Numbered from the stretch's first letter, positions 1 to 9,990 are shown. The stretch is 64,000 nucleotides of DNA from Candidatus Omnitrophota bacterium (GCA_945877765.1 CAMDWQ010000007.1:23024-87023); one strand, 5' to 3'. The notes: generated by a model from the letters alone, not told the origin. Program-made: numbers and translations.

Positions 1-473
1 TCATCAATCCTAAAGTGTTTCCAGCGGGGTCCACACATTCGACATTTTCTTCCAACACCCTCGGTACGGCTGTGGGGCTAGAAGTGATGAAGCTTTGCGA
101 AGAGATGGATTATGAAAAAGTGGTCGTGGCTAAAGGGAAGCAATTTGTCGCGGGTCTTAAAAAGCTCATGAAAAAATTTCCCAAAGTGATTGGGGATGTG
201 AGCGGGATGGGCATGGCGATACGCATGGAAATTGTCAAACCCGACGGTTACGCGCCGGACCGTGAATTTGCCGACCACATGTTTGCAGAGGGTATGAAAG
301 GCGATTTATTGGGTCCCGGCGGAAAGAAAATGGGTCTTGTGCTCGATGTGGGCGGCTATTACAAGAACGTATTTACTATTGCGCCGGCGTTTGATATCAC
401 GCCAAAAGACATGGATCTGGCAATGGATCTATTTGAGCAACTAATCAAAAGGTGTGTGAAAAAGTATAGGTAA
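1..473 (+). CDS. Class III PLP-dependent aminotransferase, C-terminal part (truncated by window start)
   Basis: HSTFSSN, DVSGMGMAIRMEIV and NVFTIAPAF match the class III aminotransferase C-terminal motifs; frame open to the window edge. Confidence 0.8.
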   Translation, partial: INPKVFPAGSTHSTFSSNTLGTAVGLEVMKLCEEMDYEKVVVAKGKQFVAGLKKLMKKFPKVIGDVSGMGMAIRMEIVKPDGYAPDREFADHMFAEGMKGDLLGPGGKKMGLVLDVGGYYKNVFTIAPAFDITPKDMDLAMDLFEQLIKRCVKKYR

Positions 474-474
474 A

Positions 475-598
475 TTTCCCCTCCTTACGAAGGAGGGGTG
501 GCGCCGAAGGCGACGGGGTGGTTGACGGGTTGTGTTTTATGTGCAAATTCCTACAACCCCTCCGCCTCCGGCACCTCCCCTTTGTAAGGGGAGGAAAA
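475..598 (+). repeat. Family A palindromic REP-like doublet, copy 1
   Basis: TTTCCCCTCCTTACGAAGGAGGGGTGGCGCCGAAGGCGACGGGGTGGTTGA, a variable linker, then ACAACCCCTCCGCCTCCGGCACCTCCCCTTTGTAAGGGGAGGAAA; recurs 8 times in the window. Confidence 0.95.
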
Positions 599-619
599 TG
601 TTATTAGGATTAAAAACCA

Positions 620-1927
620 ATGAACATCATTTCACTAATCAACAAAATTCCCTTCGGTGAACCCGCCGAAAAAGGCTATTTTCTTTATAAAAATACACCT
701 CAATCCATTTTAAAGAAAATGGAGCGAGATAATTTTATTGGTACGGTGCGGTATGTGGCGGAGCATTCGCCTTTTTATAAAAGAAAATTTGCGGAGCATC
801 ATATTGATGCCTCCAAAGTAAAATCTCCCGAAGACTTGAAGGATTTTTTTACGACGGCTGAGGATATTCGCGCCAATCCTGATGAATTTTTGTGCATGAG
901 GCCGGATACCGCTTATGAGTCGACGGGGACGACATCCAAAAAAACCAAGCGTGTTTATTTTTCCCGCAATGAAGTCCATGAAGCCGGATGGGCGGGAGCT
1001 GTGGGCCTGTGGGGTGTCGGTGTCCGCAAAGAGGACCGCATTGCGAGTGCTTTTGATTATTCGTTTTGGGTCTCTGGGCCGGTGCTCATGGCTTCTTGTC
1101 AGACGCTGGGGTGCTTTCACGTCGAGGCTGGACGCATGGATCCGGATGAGTTTCATGACCGGCTTTTTGATTATAAGATCAGCGTGATCGTCGGGGACCC
1201 CTCTTGGCTTTTGCGTTTTTCCCAGATCGCGGAGAAAAAAGGGACTTGGCCCGTAAAGCTCATGATCGGTGGCGGGGAAAATATGACTGAGGAAACACGC
1301 CGTTACATTGAAAGCGTCTGGAAATGCGATTTTCTTTTAAGCTATGGACAGACAGAAGCGTTTGGCGCTATAGGAATGGAATCTCGTGCAAAAGACGGTT
1401 ATCAACTCAATGAATTTCACAATTTTTTTGAAATTATTGACCGCGATGCTCAAGGGTATGGGGAGCTAGTCTATACGACGGTTAATCGGCGCGTGATGCC
1501 GCTTATTCGGTACAAATCCGGGGATATTACACGTTTTATCGACAAGCCATCAGCGGAAAATTTACCGGGCAGGCGCATTGAGAAACTCAAAGGCCGTGTC
1601 AACGAATGGGTCGCGACAGCAATGGGGAATATAGCGCCCTGGATGTTTGAGCCGATCTTGAGCCCAATTATCGGAATTACTTCCGATTGGCAAATTACTA
1701 TCGAAAAGTCAGGACACTTGGACCGTATGACTGTCACCGCAGAGGCGGAAGCGATTTCAGCCACTGCTTTGCGCGAAAAAATTCTTACGCAGTTTGCGTT
1801 GGTCATGCCCGATGTATGGAAGAATTTTAAAAATGGTTTTTTTGAGATTGACGCACAGGTAGTTCCCAAAAATTCTCTTCGAACTGGACGGAAACTTTTA
1901 CGTATCGTGGATAAAAGGAAATTCTAA
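620..1927 (+). CDS. Phenylacetate-CoA ligase family (PaaK-like) adenylate-forming enzyme
   Basis: ESTGTT P-loop-like motif, SYGQTE, MPLIRYKSGD, C-terminal KLLRIVDKR. Confidence 0.8.
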   Translation: MNIISLINKIPFGEPAEKGYFLYKNTPQSILKKMERDNFIGTVRYVAEHSPFYKRKFAEHHIDASKVKSPEDLKDFFTTAEDIRANPDEFLCMRPDTAYESTGTTSKKTKRVYFSRNEVHEAGWAGAVGLWGVGVRKEDRIASAFDYSFWVSGPVLMASCQTLGCFHVEAGRMDPDEFHDRLFDYKISVIVGDPSWLLRFSQIAEKKGTWPVKLMIGGGENMTEETRRYIESVWKCDFLLSYGQTEAFGAIGMESRAKDGYQLNEFHNFFEIIDRDAQGYGELVYTTVNRRVMPLIRYKSGDITRFIDKPSAENLPGRRIEKLKGRVNEWVATAMGNIAPWMFEPILSPIIGITSDWQITIEKSGHLDRMTVTAEAEAISATALREKILTQFALVMPDVWKNFKNGFFEIDAQVVPKNSLRTGRKLLRIVDKRKF

Positions 1928-1939
1928 TCCCCTAACCAG

Positions 1940-2932
1940 TCAGGTATTTTTACTGGCGGGTTTTTCCTTAATGAGAGACCAGAGGGTTAGGCCCACCGCG
2001 ATCCAAACAATTTCACGGGCGCGGCGGATGAGTGCAAACGCCAGGCCTGATGCTTGGTTAAAGCCCAACTGCGAGAAGATCAGCATGATGCCGCCTTCTT
2101 GCAGGCCGACGCTTGAAGGGATAAAAAAAGTGACGATGCGTAGAACCTGGATCAGCGATTCCAAAAGCCAGGCTTCGGAAAATCCGATAGGAAGCCCCAT
2201 GAGCCTTCCGACGAAATAAACTTCAAACGCCCCCGCAAACCACGCTAGAAAATTCCAAAATACCGAGAGAAAAAAATTTCTTTTATTGTGCGTGTAAAAT
2301 TTTTTGATATCCTTATCTAATTCGAGAAACTTAGTCTTTTTCTGGTCCGAGTCATGTTTCCACCATTTAAAAATTTCACCCAATTCATGAACTTTTTTAA
2401 AAATCCCCAGATGAAGCCCGCCGATTAAAAGGGCTGCGACAAGACCCAAGACTCCCAAAAAAATAGTCACGCTTTGCCAGAGCACCGGTGTCAGGGGCAT
2501 GGTTTTAAGCGTTGCCAAAATGCCACCGATCACAAAAAGATTCAGCGACACATAAAAGGTGGTGTGAACGATTAAAAGAGACGCGTAACCCTCAGCAAGG
2601 GGAACCCCGTGGCGTCTTTTTAAAAAATCCGCTTTGACAGGTTCGCCGCCCAGCGATGCGGAAAAGGGAATAATTTCGTTTAAAGTTTCGCCGATGATGC
2701 GGATCACGTATAGATCCGTCCAGGGGATGTGTTTGGGCAGGTTTCGGGGGAACGAATACAGCCAACCCAGCGTATTAAACGCGTAAATAAAAGGATAGAC
2801 GAGAAGAACCGGTAGTAGCGGCCACCCGATCCGATGGATATTTTCCCAGATGGCTCCCAGTCCCACTTGGCGGATGGTGAAATACAGAACGTAAAAACCA
2901 AGGCATAAAAGGGCCAGCTTCACCCAGCGCAT
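1940..2932 (-). CDS. Lysylphosphatidylglycerol synthase TM / flippase-like membrane protein (UPF0104 type)
   Basis: Multiple hydrophobic helices, GGEPVK and PSSVGLQEGG motifs; ATG at 2932 avoids overlap with uppP. Confidence 0.75.
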   Translation of the reverse strand: MRWVKLALLCLGFYVLYFTIRQVGLGAIWENIHRIGWPLLPVLLVYPFIYAFNTLGWLYSFPRNLPKHIPWTDLYVIRIIGETLNEIIPFSASLGGEPVKADFLKRRHGVPLAEGYASLLIVHTTFYVSLNLFVIGGILATLKTMPLTPVLWQSVTIFLGVLGLVAALLIGGLHLGIFKKVHELGEIFKWWKHDSDQKKTKFLELDKDIKKFYTHNKRNFFLSVFWNFLAWFAGAFEVYFVGRLMGLPIGFSEAWLLESLIQVLRIVTFFIPSSVGLQEGGIMLIFSQLGFNQASGLAFALIRRAREIVWIAVGLTLWSLIKEKPASKNT

Positions 2933-2951
2933 CACAAGAATTTCTCCAAAA

Positions 2952-3719
2952 TCAAAGAAAAAACCACAAAAGAACGGCGGCGAAAATCCGGTAGACGCCA
3001 AACACCACTAGATTGAACCGCTGAACAAAGCCGATGAATAATTTGATGCTAAGAATGGCGACTGCAAATGAAATTAGACAGCCCAGCGCCAGAGAGCCCC
3101 ACTCGGCAGAGGTGAATGCGTACGAGCTTTTCATCAAATCCAAAGCCGTCGCGGCTAGAAGCGTGGGCACCGCCAATAGAAATGAGAATTCGACAATCGT
3201 TTTACGTTGGATGCCAAGGCTTAAGCCTCCCAGAATGGTAGCGGCGGAGCGAGATACGCCCGGGATCACGGCAAAGGCCTGAAAAAATCCGATGAGAATC
3301 GCTTTGGGGTAGGGGATACGCGAAACGTCGTCCACAGAGTCCTTTTTTTCACGGTGATTTATTTCCAAGAAAATGAGGATGAAGCCGCCGATAAAAAGGG
3401 TGGCAATGACTACCATGGAATTCCCCAGCAAAAATTTTTTGATAAATTTGTATAGCAAAAAACCAATCACGGCGGTAGGAATGAAGGCGGCGATGATGCG
3501 CTTGACGGATTCAATATCAACGAACAAACGTTTCCAATAAAGAACGATGACGGAAAAAATGGTGCCGGCTTGAATGGCGATAATAAAGCTCTTCAAAAAT
3601 TCAGTCTCGGGAAGTTGGAGGAGGTTGCCTGCCAGAATTAAATGCCCAGTGGAAGAGACCGGAAGAAATTCCGTGATGCCCTCAACGAGGCTTAGAATAA
3701 AGATATGGAATAAGCTCAA
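2952..3719 (-). CDS. uppP: Undecaprenyl-diphosphate phosphatase
   Basis: VEGITEFLPVSSTGH and PGVSRSAAT signatures. Confidence 0.95.
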   Translation of the reverse strand: MSLFHIFILSLVEGITEFLPVSSTGHLILAGNLLQLPETEFLKSFIIAIQAGTIFSVIVLYWKRLFVDIESVKRIIAAFIPTAVIGFLLYKFIKKFLLGNSMVVIATLFIGGFILIFLEINHREKKDSVDDVSRIPYPKAILIGFFQAFAVIPGVSRSAATILGGLSLGIQRKTIVEFSFLLAVPTLLAATALDLMKSSYAFTSAEWGSLALGCLISFAVAILSIKLFIGFVQRFNLVVFGVYRIFAAVLLWFFL

Positions 3720-3803
3720 AAAATACGCCCCTTCATGCGCGTGATTATAGCATAACGGACGAGGGTTGTGAGTGCCCCCTAAATTAGGTAGAATAGGGGA
3801 CTT

Positions 3804-5708
3804 ATGTGCGGCATATTCGGCTACTCAGGCAACAAACAGGCGCAAGGCCTTGTGATCCAGGGTTTGAAACACTTGGAATACAGAGGGTACGATTCCTCAG
3901 GCATTGCGATGCAGACTCATTCCCACAAGATTCTGATTGAAAAAACGCATGGCAAAATCAAAAACCTTGAAGCGACTTTAAAAAATAATCCTTTGTCGGG
4001 GACAACGGCCATCGGCCATACGCGGTGGGCGACCCACGGGATTCCTACTCCTGAAAATGCGCACCCGCACTTAAATGAATCCGATGAATTGGCGGTGGTG
4101 CACAACGGCATCATTGAAAATTATTTTGAATTGAAACAAGCCCTGCAGAAACAGGGTGTGCGTTTCCGGTCCGAGACGGATACTGAAGTCATTGTCCATT
4201 TGGTCGCCAAGTATTACAAAGGCAATCTCGAAGAAGCGGTGCGCCGCACGCTCAAGGATTTAAAGGGGACTTACGCGATTGCGGTCATTTCCTCCAGCGA
4301 ACCGGGAAAAATTGTTGCCGCGAAGATGGACAGCCCGCTAGTCATTGGCTCGACGAAAAAGGAAAGTTATCTAGCCAGCGACATCTCAGCCCTTCTCGAA
4401 CACACCAACCATGTGACATTTATCGAAAATGGCGATGTGGTCACGATGAACCAAGGTAGTTTTTCGATTACCGATATTGCGGGGAAAAAAATTTCACGGC
4501 CGGTGATGAAAATTGACTGGGATATTACGCAAGCCAAAAAGGGCGGTTACCAGCATTTCATGCTCAAGGAGATTTTTGAGCAGCCCGGAATTTTGACGGC
4601 TATTTTAAAAGAGCGAATTCGCGGGGGTGCCATTTATTTTGATGAGCTTAAAATTACGGCAGCGCAGTTTAAAAAGATTAAGCGGATTTTTATTATTGCT
4701 TGCGGCACGGCATACCATGCGGGCTTGACTGCCAAATATATTTTAGAGGACTTAGCCGGTATCCCGGTTTCCATTGATACCTCCAGCGAGTTTCGTTACC
4801 GTGATCCAAAAGTGGATAAAAGTACGTTGGTCATTGTTGTTTCGCAGAGCGGCGAAACGGCTGATACGCTGGCGGGTTTGAGGGAGGCCAAGGCGAAGGG
4901 CGCTATGACACTGGCGATCTGCAATGTGCTGGCAAGTTCTATCGCCCGCGAGGCTAAGGGAGTCATTTATACGCACGCGGGACCTGAAATCGCGGTGGCT
5001 TCGACCAAGGCATTTACCGCACAGCTGACGGTGTTAAGCCTTTTTGCGTTTTACCTAGGCGCTTTGTTCAAAACAATAAGCCCTAAAAAGGAAAAAGCGC
5101 TCTTAAAAGAGCTTTTGCTGACCCCTCACCGTATCCAGAAAATCCTGGATGGTTACAAAAAAGAAGAAGCCACCTGGAAGAAGAATGTGCATAACTTCAA
5201 CATCCATTACCACACCCAGCTTGAAAAATATTTTTCTGCCAAAAATCACGAACGCAAGCGCTCACCCAATGGACTTTTTTTATATTTGGGGCGCAACATC
5301 AATTATCCCATCGCTCTGGAAGGCGCTTTAAAACTTAAAGAAATTGCTTACATCCCAGCGGAGGGCTACCCGGCAGGAGAGATGAAGCATGGCCCGATTG
5401 CGCTGATTGATGAAAATCCCTGGGTGATATGCCTGGTGCCTGAATCTAAAACTTATGACAAGATGATTTCCAATATTCAGGAAATTCGCGCGCGCGGCGG
5501 GCGCATTATTCCGATTGTGACCGAGGGGGATAAGAAGATAGAGCGTCTGAATCCTGTGTTTACGATTGAAGTCCCCAAAACACCTGAGATTTTCTCGCCA
5601 CTCCTGACGGTCATTCCACTTCAGCTTTTTGCGTATTTGGTGGCTTTGGAATTTGGAGAAGATATTGATCAGCCGCGCAACTTGGCGAAATCGGTGACGG
5701 TGGAATAA
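3804..5708 (+). CDS. glmS: Glutamine--fructose-6-phosphate transaminase
   Basis: MCGI N-terminus, HTRWATHG, SQSGETADT, C-terminal PRNLAKSVTVE. Confidence 0.98.
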   Translation: MCGIFGYSGNKQAQGLVIQGLKHLEYRGYDSSGIAMQTHSHKILIEKTHGKIKNLEATLKNNPLSGTTAIGHTRWATHGIPTPENAHPHLNESDELAVVHNGIIENYFELKQALQKQGVRFRSETDTEVIVHLVAKYYKGNLEEAVRRTLKDLKGTYAIAVISSSEPGKIVAAKMDSPLVIGSTKKESYLASDISALLEHTNHVTFIENGDVVTMNQGSFSITDIAGKKISRPVMKIDWDITQAKKGGYQHFMLKEIFEQPGILTAILKERIRGGAIYFDELKITAAQFKKIKRIFIIACGTAYHAGLTAKYILEDLAGIPVSIDTSSEFRYRDPKVDKSTLVIVVSQSGETADTLAGLREAKAKGAMTLAICNVLASSIAREAKGVIYTHAGPEIAVASTKAFTAQLTVLSLFAFYLGALFKTISPKKEKALLKELLLTPHRIQKILDGYKKEEATWKKNVHNFNIHYHTQLEKYFSAKNHERKRSPNGLFLYLGRNINYPIALEGALKLKEIAYIPAEGYPAGEMKHGPIALIDENPWVICLVPESKTYDKMISNIQEIRARGGRIIPIVTEGDKKIERLNPVFTIEVPKTPEIFSPLLTVIPLQLFAYLVALEFGEDIDQPRNLAKSVTVE

Positions 5709-5714
5709 TGTTAT

Positions 5715-5845
5715 TTCCCCTCCTTTCGAAGGAGGGGTGGTTGCGAAGCAACCGGGGTGGTTGAAGCTCTATTGTCCATGTACACATGTGTAAACCCCCA
5801 CAACCCCTCCGCCTTCGGCACCTCCCCTTCGTAAGGGGAGGAAAA
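5715..5845 (+). repeat. Family A REP-like doublet, copy 2
   Basis: Same arms as 475-598; inner hairpin changed to GGTTGC-GAA-GCAACC with pairing retained. Confidence 0.95.
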
Positions 5846-5870
5846 CACGTTAATAGGAAAGTAAATTTCA

Positions 5871-6617
5871 ATGAGTGGAATTTTATATTTAGTGGCGACG
5901 CCGATTGGTAATCTTGGCGATCTTTCTATTCGCGCGATTGAGACACTCAAGAAAGTGGATCTCATCGCATGCGAAGATACCCGCCACTCCAAAGTGCTTT
6001 TGACGCATTATGGCATCAACAAGCCGTTGGTGAGCTACTTTGATTTTTCGGAGAAGCAGAAGACGCCCTATTTGGTGGAAAAAATGAAAAATGGCGCTAG
6101 TATCGCGCTCATTTCTGATGCGGGGACGCCGGGGATTGCGGATCCGGGGTATCGGCTGATTCGGGAGGCGATAGCTCAAGGGGTACGTGTGGAGTCTTTG
6201 CCGGGAGCGGCGGCGTTTTTGACGGCGCTTACGGTGTCGGGACTGCCTCCGGACCGATTTATTTTTGAGGGATTTTTTCCGGTCAAGGACGGCCAGAAAA
6301 AGAAACTTCTTTTGTCGCTGGCTCAAGAAGAAAGAACCGTTATTTTTTACGAATCACCGCATCGGCTGCTTAAGACACTCGAGGCTATTCGTGAAACGCT
6401 GGGCGATATACAACTAGTGGTTGCGCGGGAGCTTACAAAGAAATTTGAGGAAGTGTTGAGGGGACCCGTTAGCGGCGCTATTGAGCATTTCTCCTCGAAA
6501 AAGATATTGGGAGAATTTGTGATATTATGGTCTGCGAAACCTAATTTGTCATTCCCGCGAAAGCGGGAATCTGCGTCCAGTGATGATCCTCGCTTCCGCG
6601 AGGATGACAAGGGTTAA
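5871..6617 (+). CDS. rsmI: 16S rRNA (cytidine1402-2'-O)-methyltransferase
   Basis: LYLVATPIGNLGD, CEDTR, SDAGTPGIADPG, YESPHR, RELTKKFEE; last about 22 aa come from a repeat. Confidence 0.96.
   Translation: MSGILYLVATPIGNLGDLSIRAIETLKKVDLIACEDTRHSKVLLTHYGINKPLVSYFDFSEKQKTPYLVEKMKNGASIALISDAGTPGIADPGYRLIREAIAQGVRVESLPGAAAFLTALTVSGLPPDRFIFEGFFPVKDGQKKKLLLSLAQEERTVIFYESPHRLLKTLEAIRETLGDIQLVVARELTKKFEEVLRGPVSGAIEHFSSKKILGEFVILWSAKPNLSFPRKRESASSDDPRFREDDKG
6548..6608. repeat. Family B palindrome (GTCATTCCC...GGATGAC, short-loop subtype) inside the rsmI 3' end
   Basis: GTCATTCCCGCGAAAGCGGGAATC...GATCCTCGCTTCCGCGAGGATGAC, translated as SFPRKRES...DPRFREDD. Confidence 0.93.
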
Positions 6618-6619
6618 CA

Positions 6620-7048
6620 ATGAAAGATATCCATTTTCGCGTCTGGCATCTCCAAGAAAAAAAGATGTATTACCGCGGGTATCAGAAGTTTTTGCACGTG
6701 CTTCTTTGCGAGGATGACCACGGCGAAAATGAGGGAAAGGGGACGCCGGCCCGACGCGCCTCATATGGTGATTGTATTTTTTTGGAGAGCACAGGGCTTT
6801 TTGATCGGCGCCAGAAGGAAATTTTTGAAGGGGATATCGTCCGGGTTGGCTACAAAGACCGGGAGTTTGAGGGGATTGTTGAGGAAATTCCCGATACGTT
6901 TGGCGCGGCCAAGGTGCATCCGCTGCACAATATTTTAAAGAAAAATGGAATTTTGGGTTATCCAGAAAATCTGAATTTAGAAGTGCTTGGCAATGAATAC
7001 GAGCAGAATGTGTCGTCCCCGAAATCTTTTATCGGGGATCAAACCTGA
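6620..7048 (+). CDS. YopX family protein
   Basis: IHFRVW N-terminus, STGLFDRRQKEIFEGDIV, LEVLGNEYE. Confidence 0.85.
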   Translation: MKDIHFRVWHLQEKKMYYRGYQKFLHVLLCEDDHGENEGKGTPARRASYGDCIFLESTGLFDRRQKEIFEGDIVRVGYKDREFEGIVEEIPDTFGAAKVHPLHNILKKNGILGYPENLNLEVLGNEYEQNVSSPKSFIGDQT

Positions 7049-7081
7049 GTTTGATTCCCGATTAAAGCATTCGGGAATGAC
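7012..7081. repeat. Family B palindrome (long-loop subtype) overlapping the YopX stop codon
   Basis: GTCGTCCCCGAAATCTTTTATCGGGGATC...GATTCCCGATTAAAGCATTCGGGAATGAC. Confidence 0.92.
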
Positions 7082-7105
7082 GAATGGCGTGACAATGGGA
7101 CTAAC

Positions 7106-9844
7106 ATGATGACAGCTGAATTAGCGCAAAAATCAGGTTCATTTTCCGCACTGCGCCGGGATGTACGTTTTCTGACAACTCTTCTGGGGAATGTGATCCT
7201 TGATCAAGAGAGCGAGAAGCTTTTTGCCAAAATTGAAGAGATTCGCCGCCTCGCCAAAGACATTCGCCGCAATCCTCAGGCGGATTCGATCGCCGAACAG
7301 AAGAAAATTATCCGCTCACTTTCTCCTGAAGACGCTTACAAAGTAGCCCGTGCGTTCACGATCTATTTTCAGCTGGTCAATATTGCCGAAGAAGCGCAGC
7401 GTGTGCGCCGCATTCGTGACTACGAAAAAGATCCCACCCTTTTTCAGGATATGTCCCTGCGTAAACTTTTCCATGACTTAAAGACCCAAGGTCTTTCGGC
7501 TGGAGAGGTAGCAAAGTTTATGCAAAAGATGCATATCGAACTTGTGCTGACGGCGCACCCGACCGAGGCTAAGCGCCGTACCGTGTTGGATCATCTCTTA
7601 AGAATTGCGTCCAACCTTTTAGCTATCGATAAACAAGATCTGACGTTTTACGAAAAAGAAAACGCCATGAACCAGATCAAGAGCACACTTGAGATTCTCT
7701 GGCAAACCTCCGAGGTTCGTCAGAGAAAAGTCGAAGTCCTTGATGAGGTCAATCAGACTCTTTTTTATTTTCAACGTACCATCTTGGACCTTCTGCCCGA
7801 TCTGCAGCAAAAAATTTGCCAGGAATTTCGCAATGCCTTTGGCACCCATAATTACGAAATCAAACCCTTCTTAGAGTTTGGTTCCTGGGTGGGCGCGGAC
7901 CGTGACGGAAATCCTTTTGTTACCTGCGACGTGACGAAAAAAACAGCTTCGTTGCAAAAAAACCTGATTTTGCAGAAATATCTCACCTCGATTGAAGATT
8001 TGATCCGCAAATATAGCCAGTCGCAGGTTTTTGTGAAGGCTTCCAAACAACTCACCGAATCCCTGGCGGAGGATGCCAAGCTTCTGCCGGAGCTGGCCAA
8101 GGAGCTGGGGCAGTTTGAGCTGGATGAAATATACCGCAAGAAATTTTCATTCATCCATCAGAAGCTTGAGAATACGCTGAAGAAAAAGAAGCCGTTTTAT
8201 GCGGGCGCGGATCAGTTTCTGGAAGATTTGACGATTGTGCGCGAGAGCTTGAAATCGCATCAAGGCCTTTTAGCGGTGATCGATGTCGACCGCCTGATTG
8301 ATGTGGTCCGTTTTTTTGGTTTTCATCTGGCCAAACTTGATTTTCGTGACCATTCTAAGAAAATTCGCGGTTTATTCTCCGAACTTTTCCCCGAAGGTGA
8401 GTTTACTGAAGATTTTATTGTGAAGAAAATCCTTTCTCCAGCCAAACTTTTACCTGCCTCTCAGTTGGCGGCGACGTCCCGCGATATTTTGGATCAATTG
8501 ACTGCTATGCGTTTTATTCAGGAGCGTATCGATGCTAAAGCCGTAGGAGATTACATCATCAGCATGACCGAGGGGCCCGCGGATGTCTTAGCCCTTTTTT
8601 ATCTGGCCCAAGCCAAGGGGTTGATCCATGTTTCCCGAAAAAAAGTTAAAAGCAGCTTCATTGGCATTATTCCTCTCTTTGAAACTATAGCCGCACTTGA
8701 TGAAGCTGCTCAGGTGATGGATAAACTTTTCTCGATCCCGATTTACCGCTCGTATCTAGAATCCCGGGGTTGTGTGCAGGAGGTGATGCTGGGCTATTCA
8801 GATTCTAGCAAAGACGGCGGTTATCTAACCGCCAACTGGAAATTATACATCGCACAAAAAAAATTAGCGGAGACGGCGCTGCGCCACGGAATTAAGCTTG
8901 AGCTTTTCCACGGCAAAGGAGGCACGATTGACCGGGGCGGCGGAGAGTCGCACAAGGCAATTTTGGCCCAGCCTTATGCTGCTTCGGACGGAAGGATTAA
9001 AGTCACTGAACAGGGGGAGGTCGTGGCGCAAAAGTACGCCAATGCCGTGATTGCTCAGAGGAATCTCGAACAAATGGTGACGGCCGTAGCCTGGACCAAC
9101 CTGGTCAGTAAAAAAGAAGTGGAGAATAATTCTAAAATATCCGTGTGGGAAACGCATATGGAGCGGTTGTCCGAGCTGTCGATTATTTTTTATCGCAAGC
9201 TCGTGTTTGGGACGCCCGGATTTTTGGATTTTTATCATGAGGCGACGCCGATTCGGGTGCTCAAGATGACTAAAATAGGTTCGCGGCCCGCAACGCGCGG
9301 CAGCAAGCAGTCGTTTGAAGAACTTCGCGCGATTCCTTGGGTTTTTAGCTGGATTCAGTCGCGCTATATTATTTCTGCGTGGTATGGCATGGGCTATGCG
9401 ATTGAGACTTATATTAAGGAGAGGGGCGGTCAAGGGCTCTCAGAACTTCAAGAGATGTATCAAGAGTGGCCTTTTTTCAGTTCCTTGATTCATAATCTCC
9501 AGATGTCGCTTGCCAAAACCGATCTTCATACCGCCCAACAGTACGCGGCGCTGGTTAAAGATACAGGCTTAAGTCAATCAATTCACGCGGAAATAACTAC
9601 CGAATTTAAACGGGCAGTAGACAACGTTCTGGAAATTTCTTCTCAAAAAGAGTTACTAGATTATCATCGAGTTTTGAAAGATTCGATCCGCCTGCGCAAT
9701 CCTTACGTGGATCCGCTCAATTATATTCAAATTCGTTTTTTAAGCGAACTTAAAGAGGGTGCCGAAAAAAAACATGAAATGATTGATGAGATTCTACTTT
9801 TAACGGTCAATGGAATTGCTTTCGGGATGAAAAGTACAGGGTAA
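7106..9844 (+). CDS. ppc: Phosphoenolpyruvate carboxylase
   Basis: VLTAHPTE, SWVGADRDGNP, QEVMLGYSDSSKDGG, LRAIPWVFSW, GMKSTG end. Confidence 0.97.
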   Translation: MMTAELAQKSGSFSALRRDVRFLTTLLGNVILDQESEKLFAKIEEIRRLAKDIRRNPQADSIAEQKKIIRSLSPEDAYKVARAFTIYFQLVNIAEEAQRVRRIRDYEKDPTLFQDMSLRKLFHDLKTQGLSAGEVAKFMQKMHIELVLTAHPTEAKRRTVLDHLLRIASNLLAIDKQDLTFYEKENAMNQIKSTLEILWQTSEVRQRKVEVLDEVNQTLFYFQRTILDLLPDLQQKICQEFRNAFGTHNYEIKPFLEFGSWVGADRDGNPFVTCDVTKKTASLQKNLILQKYLTSIEDLIRKYSQSQVFVKASKQLTESLAEDAKLLPELAKELGQFELDEIYRKKFSFIHQKLENTLKKKKPFYAGADQFLEDLTIVRESLKSHQGLLAVIDVDRLIDVVRFFGFHLAKLDFRDHSKKIRGLFSELFPEGEFTEDFIVKKILSPAKLLPASQLAATSRDILDQLTAMRFIQERIDAKAVGDYIISMTEGPADVLALFYLAQAKGLIHVSRKKVKSSFIGIIPLFETIAALDEAAQVMDKLFSIPIYRSYLESRGCVQEVMLGYSDSSKDGGYLTANWKLYIAQKKLAETALRHGIKLELFHGKGGTIDRGGGESHKAILAQPYAASDGRIKVTEQGEVVAQKYANAVIAQRNLEQMVTAVAWTNLVSKKEVENNSKISVWETHMERLSELSIIFYRKLVFGTPGFLDFYHEATPIRVLKMTKIGSRPATRGSKQSFEELRAIPWVFSWIQSRYIISAWYGMGYAIETYIKERGGQGLSELQEMYQEWPFFSSLIHNLQMSLAKTDLHTAQQYAALVKDTGLSQSIHAEITTEFKRAVDNVLEISSQKELLDYHRVLKDSIRLRNPYVDPLNYIQIRFLSELKEGAEKKHEMIDEILLLTVNGIAFGMKSTG

Positions 9845-9851
9845 GGGGAGT

Positions 9852-9990
9852 GTCATTCCCGAAAGTATTTGTCGGGAATCAAACCTGTACATGATCCCCG
9901 ATTAAAGATCTCGGGGATGACACTGGGTGGTGTTCGGGGATGACACTGGGTGGTGTTCGGGGATGACACTGGGTGGTGTTCAAGGATGAC
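9852..9990. repeat. Family B palindrome followed by a 23-bp tandem repeat (3 copies plus a partial)
   Basis: Palindrome 9852-9921; unit TCGGGGATGACACTGGGTGGTGT at 9911, 9934, 9957, degenerate at 9980. Confidence 0.93.

Noticed and set aside
3720-3803. glmS ribozyme
   Set aside because: The divergent intergenic gap is only 84 nt and lacks the ribozyme core.
5611-5992. Small ORFs over repeats (also 22326-22547, 36275-36615, 27893-28108, 45742-46058, 58633-59042)
   Set aside because: These are translations of palindromic repeats or structured DNA, with no protein family signal.
6620-7048. Prophage suggested by the YopX gene and the Gp49-like toxin
   Set aside because: Both are isolated among housekeeping genes, with no integrase, structural or replication genes.
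9911-9990. Possible CRISPR array
   Set aside because: The units are identical 23-bp head-to-tail repeats with no unique spacers, and there are no cas genes in the window.
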